Origin: Candidatus Baldrarchaeota archaeon | GTDB taxonomy: Archaea; Asgardarchaeota; Baldrarchaeia; Baldrarchaeales; DXJG01 | DNA length: 32,000 bases | Assembly (NCBI GenBank): GCA_019056805.1 | Contig: DXJG01000009.1 | Coordinates: 239,473 to 271,472, forward strand | Direction of reading: 5' to 3' | Translations under genes and position numbers: made by a program | Shown: one piece after another, positions 27,590 through 32,000 of the stretch | Layout of the letters: every line of letters starts with the position of its first letter | Numbering within the stretch: position 1 is the first letter of the stretch | Notes under the pieces: generated by a model | What the model was told of the DNA's origin: nothing | Seen by the model: the letters and a program-made list of their open reading frames with translations, nothing else | Database searches by the model: none

Positions 27590-28950
27590 AGTTTTTTTGG
27601 GAAGAGTTGGCGGAAAGTTATTTATAGTTTCGGCTACAACACTATATCGGGTGCTGAGAGTGGATAGAGTCGTTGTTAAGGCTCTGAAGCTCAATCTACT
27701 CCCTCTGTCAAAGATGAAAGAACACTTGTTAGCTGAATTATTCAACTCCGTCCTTCGCTGCTGTAACGATGTTTTAGCAATTGCCAAATCTAAATCTCCT
27801 AAAAACTTCGCCATTCTACATAACACTTCCTATCCTATTATTAAGCAAAAATATGACTTACATTCTCAAATCCTCGTTGACTGCATCCACCAAGCTTGGG
27901 AAAATCGAAAGACAAATCCGGATAAGTTCAAGCAAATTCCTGTCAGATTCAACGTCCCTCGTAGTGGAAAATTTGGTGAAACTAAGCGTGGTAATCCTGT
28001 TGTGATTATTGCATCGTTTAACGGAAATGGAAGAATTGCCCTTCCAATCAAGCAAGATGGAGCCTATAAGAGATTTGTTAAACACATTAAAAATGGCTGG
28101 AAATGCACCCAATTTAGACTGCACAAGCAGAATGACAATTATGTCGTTATCGCTAATCTGAGAAAGAAGTTTAGGGTTAAACAAAAGTATAAGACTGTTG
28201 TAGGGGTTGATGTTAACAGCGGTAGTTTCGCTGTCACAGTTTTGAGAGGTGACAGGAGAGTTTTGAAGCAACTTTATCTGGGACAAGACATCTGGCACAA
28301 ACAATGGAAGTTCATGAAGAGAAGAAGCAAACTTCAAAGTTACGCAGACAAGGGGAGTAAGAGGGCACGGCGTGCCCTCAAAAGAATGAAGCACGATGAG
28401 AGAAACTTCGTCAATACGAGAATATGGCAAGTAAGCCATGAAATTGTTGAAATAGCTTTGAGATACGATGCTGTAATTGCTATTGAGAGGCTTAAGAACC
28501 TCAGAAAGAGGAATGGAAAGGGCAGAAAACCTAAGACTGCAAACAGAAAGATTCATCGCATTCCATTCGCCAAGTTCAGAATGACAATACGATCTGTTGC
28601 GTGGCAGAATGGAATTGAAGTTATTGAAGTTCGAGCTACAAAGACTTCGCAGAGATGTCCAAAGTGTGGTTATACGAGTAAGAAAAACTGGGTCTTCTTC
28701 AATGGAAAGCGCAAGTTGTTCAAATGCAGGAAATGCGGTTATGAGGCAAATGTGGATAGGACTGCCTCCCGAAACATTGCAACTCTGGCTCTGGAGCGGG
28801 GTTTGACTTCTTTTGAAACCACTCTCAGCACCCAGCCCCAGAGTTCCAGAGCCGGCGGGGATGTCAGCCCCCGTGTCCGGCTCGATGACGGAAGATGGTA
28901 TCCTCAACCCTCCGAGAGCAAACTCCCGTCTTAAGACGGGAGAGGCTGAC
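27590..28950 (+). mobile_element. tnpB-only IS200/IS605-family element (IS1341-like); left end approximate
   Basis: tnpB plus right-end palindrome CTCCCGTCTTAAGACGGGAG (28923-42) ending GGCTGAC; own BRE/TATA (GGAAAGTTATTTATA, ~27612-26); no tnpA. Confidence 0.8.
27660..28934 (+). CDS. tnpB: TnpB RNA-guided endonuclease
   Basis: VKALKLNL N-terminus, RuvC-I VVGVDVN, RuvC-II IAIERL, Zn finger CPKCG...CRKCG, RuvC-III NVDRTASRNI. Start placed at GTG 27660. Confidence 0.95.
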   Translation: MDRVVVKALKLNLLPLSKMKEHLLAELFNSVLRCCNDVLAIAKSKSPKNFAILHNTSYPIIKQKYDLHSQILVDCIHQAWENRKTNPDKFKQIPVRFNVPRSGKFGETKRGNPVVIIASFNGNGRIALPIKQDGAYKRFVKHIKNGWKCTQFRLHKQNDNYVVIANLRKKFRVKQKYKTVVGVDVNSGSFAVTVLRGDRRVLKQLYLGQDIWHKQWKFMKRRSKLQSYADKGSKRARRALKRMKHDERNFVNTRIWQVSHEIVEIALRYDAVIAIERLKNLRKRNGKGRKPKTANRKIHRIPFAKFRMTIRSVAWQNGIEVIEVRATKTSQRCPKCGYTSKKNWVFFNGKRKLFKCRKCGYEANVDRTASRNIATLALERGLTSFETTLSTQPQSSRAGGDVSPRVRLDDGRWYPQPSESKLPS

Positions 28951-28970
28951 ACCTAGTTCCATAGCTTTAT
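28820..28970 (+). ncRNA. omega-RNA (reRNA) scaffold overlapping the tnpB 3' end plus flanking guide (5' boundary approximate)
   Basis: Stem GAGCCGG-CGGGG/CCCCG-CCGGCTC (28849-83) whose loop TGTCAGC is complementary to GCTGACA (28945-51), a pseudoknot; terminal hairpin 28923-42; predicted guide ACCTAGTTCCATAGCTTTAT. Confidence 0.75.
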
Positions 28971-28984
28971 TAACATTTCTGTTT

Positions 28985-29866
28985 TTATAATATTAGATGT
29001 GAACCGTCACAGCTGGGAGCGGTTTGAAGTTTAGGAAATCCTTCTCTACATGTAGCAAAACTCAACCTATATTTCATAGCTATCCTTCTAACTTTTTCCA
29101 TCAACTCTCTTCTAACTGATAAAGGAAGATAGCGAGATGACCCTACTTTCCCGCCCAACTTAAAATAGTAGTTGTATAGTTTATCTGCAATTTTTGGAAA
29201 CGCTTTTTTAAAACGCTTCCAGCTATCAAATTTAGGTTTAAAAGTGGAAGTAACAATATGAAGTGCGCCAGCATCCGCTACAGCAGAAATAACATCCTCA
29301 ATACTTTTCTCACTATCATTTAAATATGGTATAATGGGATCTAATCTTACGGAAACCCTTATTCCCCTGCTCGCAAGTTTTTCAATAGCATTAACCCTTT
29401 TCCATGGACTTGGAGCAAAAGGCTCCAACTTAGATGCAATATCCTCATCCATAGTAGTTATTGTAAAACTAACGGAGCTACGCATAGATGAAAGAATATC
29501 CACATCCCTAACCACAAGGTCGGATTTAGTTATAATTAAAACTCTTAAACCATAATCCCTAAAAGTCCTCAAAACCTTTCTTGTTAACCCTAAATCCCTT
29601 TCGATAGAAGGATAAGGATCCGAACTATTAGACATAGAAATAACAACGTTCCTATCTATTTTCCTTATATCCTTCCTAATTTTCGCCAAAAGATTCTCCT
29701 TCGGTCTACAATTGAAAGCATTAGGAATATAAGACGTAATATAACAGTAGATACAACAATGAGAACATCCAGTATAAGGATTAAGAGTATATTTTCGAGG
29801 ACATGTACAAAGAGGGCCTTTCCAAGGATCAAAAGGACGAATTACCTGCATAACACTTCCCAGCAT
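28985..29866 (-). CDS. Radical SAM protein (SPL/DNA-repair photolyase-like family)
   Basis: LNPYTGCSHCCIYCY, SNSSDPYP, IITKSDLVVRD, SFTITT, LEP.AP, RLDPIIP. Confidence 0.88.
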   Translation of the reverse strand: MLGSVMQVIRPFDPWKGPLCTCPRKYTLNPYTGCSHCCIYCYITSYIPNAFNCRPKENLLAKIRKDIRKIDRNVVISMSNSSDPYPSIERDLGLTRKVLRTFRDYGLRVLIITKSDLVVRDVDILSSMRSSVSFTITTMDEDIASKLEPFAPSPWKRVNAIEKLASRGIRVSVRLDPIIPYLNDSEKSIEDVISAVADAGALHIVTSTFKPKFDSWKRFKKAFPKIADKLYNYYFKLGGKVGSSRYLPLSVRRELMEKVRRIAMKYRLSFATCREGFPKLQTAPSCDGSHLIL

Positions 29867-30031
29867 AGTATTAACCTACAAATTCTAAAATATAGCGATA
29901 AACCATCTGTTTCAACAACATAATTTCTAATCGGACAAAGGTTATAGAGTATAGAATCTTAATACTTATGATTTGAATATCGCAAAAGTTAATTTAGTAT
30001 TTAGGGTGATTGAATTTAGGTTGGTGATTAG

Positions 30032-30676
30032 ATGAAACCATGGTTACTAAATATTTTAGCATGTCCAATATGTAAACATCATCCTCTTGACGCCTACTTC
30101 TATAGCTGGGAGAGTTCCAGTGAGGAGATAAAGGAGGCTTGTGAAAAAGCAGGTGAACCAGTAGAGGAGCGTATGGAAGATTATAAAATGATGATGAAAG
30201 ATTTTGTTGATGGCATAATTAGTCCACCAGCTATCGAAAAGATAAAAGATGAAACAGAAAACGAATTGACAATAAAAACCTTAGAAAAAGTAAAACAAAC
30301 AATTTCAGAGCTCTTAGAAAAAGAAGACATAAAAGAAACAATGGAAAAATTCAAAAAACTCGAAGAGGAAGTGGAAAGTAAAGGAAGAGAAACTATAGAG
30401 AAAGAAAAAGAGAAAATTGTTGAAGATATAGCTAAAAAATATGTAAAAGAGCTAAGTATCCTTTACAATTATATGATGCTTTTAGAAGTAAAAGAAGCCC
30501 TACTATATTGTCCAAATTGTAACAGGTGGTATCCAGTAGGAAATCAAGTAGAAGGAATCCCTGAAATGTTACCTGACGAACTTAGAGAAAAACACGTAGA
30601 CCTAAAATTCTTCGAAAAATGGAAAGAAAAAATACCCCAAAATATACTTAAAGAAGGAAAACCCTTCACGCTATAA
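30032..30676 (+). CDS. Trm112-like protein with long helical insertion
   Basis: MKPWLLNILACPICKHHPL and LYCPNCNRWYPV...GIPEMLPDELR halves separated by about 135 charged residues. Confidence 0.8.
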   Translation: MKPWLLNILACPICKHHPLDAYFYSWESSSEEIKEACEKAGEPVEERMEDYKMMMKDFVDGIISPPAIEKIKDETENELTIKTLEKVKQTISELLEKEDIKETMEKFKKLEEEVESKGRETIEKEKEKIVEDIAKKYVKELSILYNYMMLLEVKEALLYCPNCNRWYPVGNQVEGIPEMLPDELREKHVDLKFFEKWKEKIPQNILKEGKPFTL

Positions 30677-32000
30677 ACCTACGCACTCCTTTTACTTCCT
30701 CTAAAAACAACAATCGTTCATCCTTAACAATAAATAACAAAGCAACCTCAAATTGTTCAACATTTTCCCCCACAAATTTTTCTATCTTAACTAATATTTC
30801 TAGCTGAAAATGACCAAAAGAAACAGATATATAATTTTCATCTTTCTCCGATTCATTTACTACTTCAATATTAATGTTTTTTGTTGATGATTGAAGTAAG
30901 ACCGTACTTTCACTTATAGTAATATTAAAGGTAACTGTAGTTCGTATCCATATGTGAAAAGTGAAATTTAAGCATAGAGAGTTGTAAAATTCCTTAGAAA
31001 TATTAAAATAAACAACATATATACCTGCTTGAAAATCTTGCGGAATACACCACACATAAACAACATTTCCCGAATCATTAGTCAACTCTTCAAAAATAAC
31101 AATTGTATTGTTCAATGTAGCTATAATCGCAACATTAGAAATCGGATTACCATTAAAAAGATCCAAAGTAAGTATATCGAAGCTACAATTTTCACCTCTA
31201 CAAACTTCTAACGAAGAAATATCTATGGAAACATCAAATAAAGACTTCACAACTATTGTCACATTATAAAAACTACCATCATAATTATCACGACTGAATA
31301 TTGCACTTAAAATGTGGAGACCAACGTCTTCATCAATTGAAATATTCAAAAGGAAGATGAAAGAACCGTTAAGCAAGGAACCATTAAACAACCCTTTATT
31401 ATCCCAATAAACTTCAACAGTACCATTTAATGGAATTCCATCATCGGAACAAACACAAACCTCAACCACAACACTATTTCCTCTCATAACTTCAAAACTA
31501 TCAACAACTACCGTAGTTAAAGAAACTTCTCTAAACCACTGACCCCAAATAACCGAAGAATTCTCATAAACCACCAAATCTCTAGCATCTACACACCAAC
31601 CTACTACATATCGATATCCCGGTAAAGTATCTCCATAGATAGCAGGAATCTCCACCTGAAATTCACTATACCCACTATCATTTGTAATTTTGAAGCCCTT
31701 AAACGGCAACTGCATAGGCCATTCACCATAAAGAGAAACATTAACACCTGAAACACCTAAACCAGTAAAATTATCAACCACCCTAAACAAAACTGAATAA
31801 TTCTCACCCACGTAAACAACACTAGGAAATCCTCTAATAACCTCGATTCTAACAGGTCTAGGCAAAAACTCCGGTAATGTAAGCGTATTATTAGAAGAAT
31901 TAAAGGTTTCATTACCTAAAAACTCAGCATACACAAAGAAATCTCCAGCATAAGGTGGAGAAAAGACAAACTCAAAAATCCCACTGCCATTAGTTACACC
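30666..32000 (-). CDS. Large secreted/surface glycoprotein with beta-sandwich repeats, 3' part (5' truncated by window)
   Basis: Frame stays open to base 32000 (GVTNGSGIFEF...); about 20 N-X-S/T sequons; repeated TNDSG/TNGSG motifs. Confidence 0.75.
   Translation of the reverse strand, partial: GVTNGSGIFEFVFSPPYAGDFFVYAEFLGNETFNSSNNTLTLPEFLPRPVRIEVIRGFPSVVYVGENYSVLFRVVDNFTGLGVSGVNVSLYGEWPMQLPFKGFKITNDSGYSEFQVEIPAIYGDTLPGYRYVVGWCVDARDLVVYENSSVIWGQWFREVSLTTVVVDSFEVMRGNSVVVEVCVCSDDGIPLNGTVEVYWDNKGLFNGSLLNGSFIFLLNISIDEDVGLHILSAIFSRDNYDGSFYNVTIVVKSLFDVSIDISSLEVCRGENCSFDILTLDLFNGNPISNVAIIATLNNTIVIFEELTNDSGNVVYVWCIPQDFQAGIYVVYFNISKEFYNSLCLNFTFHIWIRTTVTFNITISESTVLLQSSTKNINIEVVNESEKDENYISVSFGHFQLEILVKIEKFVGENVEQFEVALLFIVKDERLLFLEEVKGVRRFIA

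Noticed and set aside
27858-28952. 364-aa antisense ORF over tnpB
   Set aside because: Fully overlaps a clear tnpB on the opposite strand, has no motifs or SD, and is best explained as a shadow frame.
27541-28967. CATAGCTT on both sides of the tnpB element as a target-site duplication
   Set aside because: IS200/IS605 elements do not create duplications, and the copies are not flush with the right end.
10118-29154. E2F-like motifs inside coding regions (TTTCGGCGCCAAA in the MFS gene, GGCGCCAAAA in tbp, TTTCCCGC in the second radical SAM gene)
   Set aside because: Explained by Gly-Ala/Gly-Gly codons; not at promoter positions.
1-32000. CRISPR array, rRNA, RNase P or SRP RNA
   Set aside because: No regularly spaced repeats or conserved signature sequences found by eye.

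Overview
AT-rich archaeal chromosomal window with SD-led genes (GGAGG/GGTG/GGGGG) and frequent TTG/GTG starts. An E2F/DP-like protein, a roadblock/LC7 protein and a long-repeat TPR protein suggest an Asgard-type lineage (inference, not proven). Housekeeping content: thermosome 3' end, NMN adenylyltransferase, 2'-5' RNA ligase/phosphodiesterase, TFB, TBP, Alba, geranylgeranyl reductase, Trm112-like protein, and tRNA-Cys(GCA) with a 14-nt D-loop intron. Accessory content: tandem SIS (PHI-like) protein, KaiC-like ATPase, HxlR regulator, two radical SAM proteins, MFS transporter, GH35/42 glycosidase, MBL hydrolase, NfeD, TldD/PmbA pair, a decayed PD-(D/E)XK nuclease gene, a tnpB-only IS200/IS605 element with an intact-looking omega-RNA, two orphan IS605-type right-end hairpins and the 3' part of a glycosylated surface protein. 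Best lead: a plus-strand Alba - unannotated Zn-ribbon - TBP - YkgJ - E2F/DP-like cluster. The E2F-like gene keeps the RRxYD DNA-recognition motif and a coiled coil, and has a TTGGCGCC (E2F-type core) site just upstream. Other leads: a TldD lacking its metal-binding motif coupled to a roadblock gene, a structured GC-rich element upstream of tfb, and two probable non-canonical start codons (ATA, CTG). All assignments come from motif reading; no searches were run.
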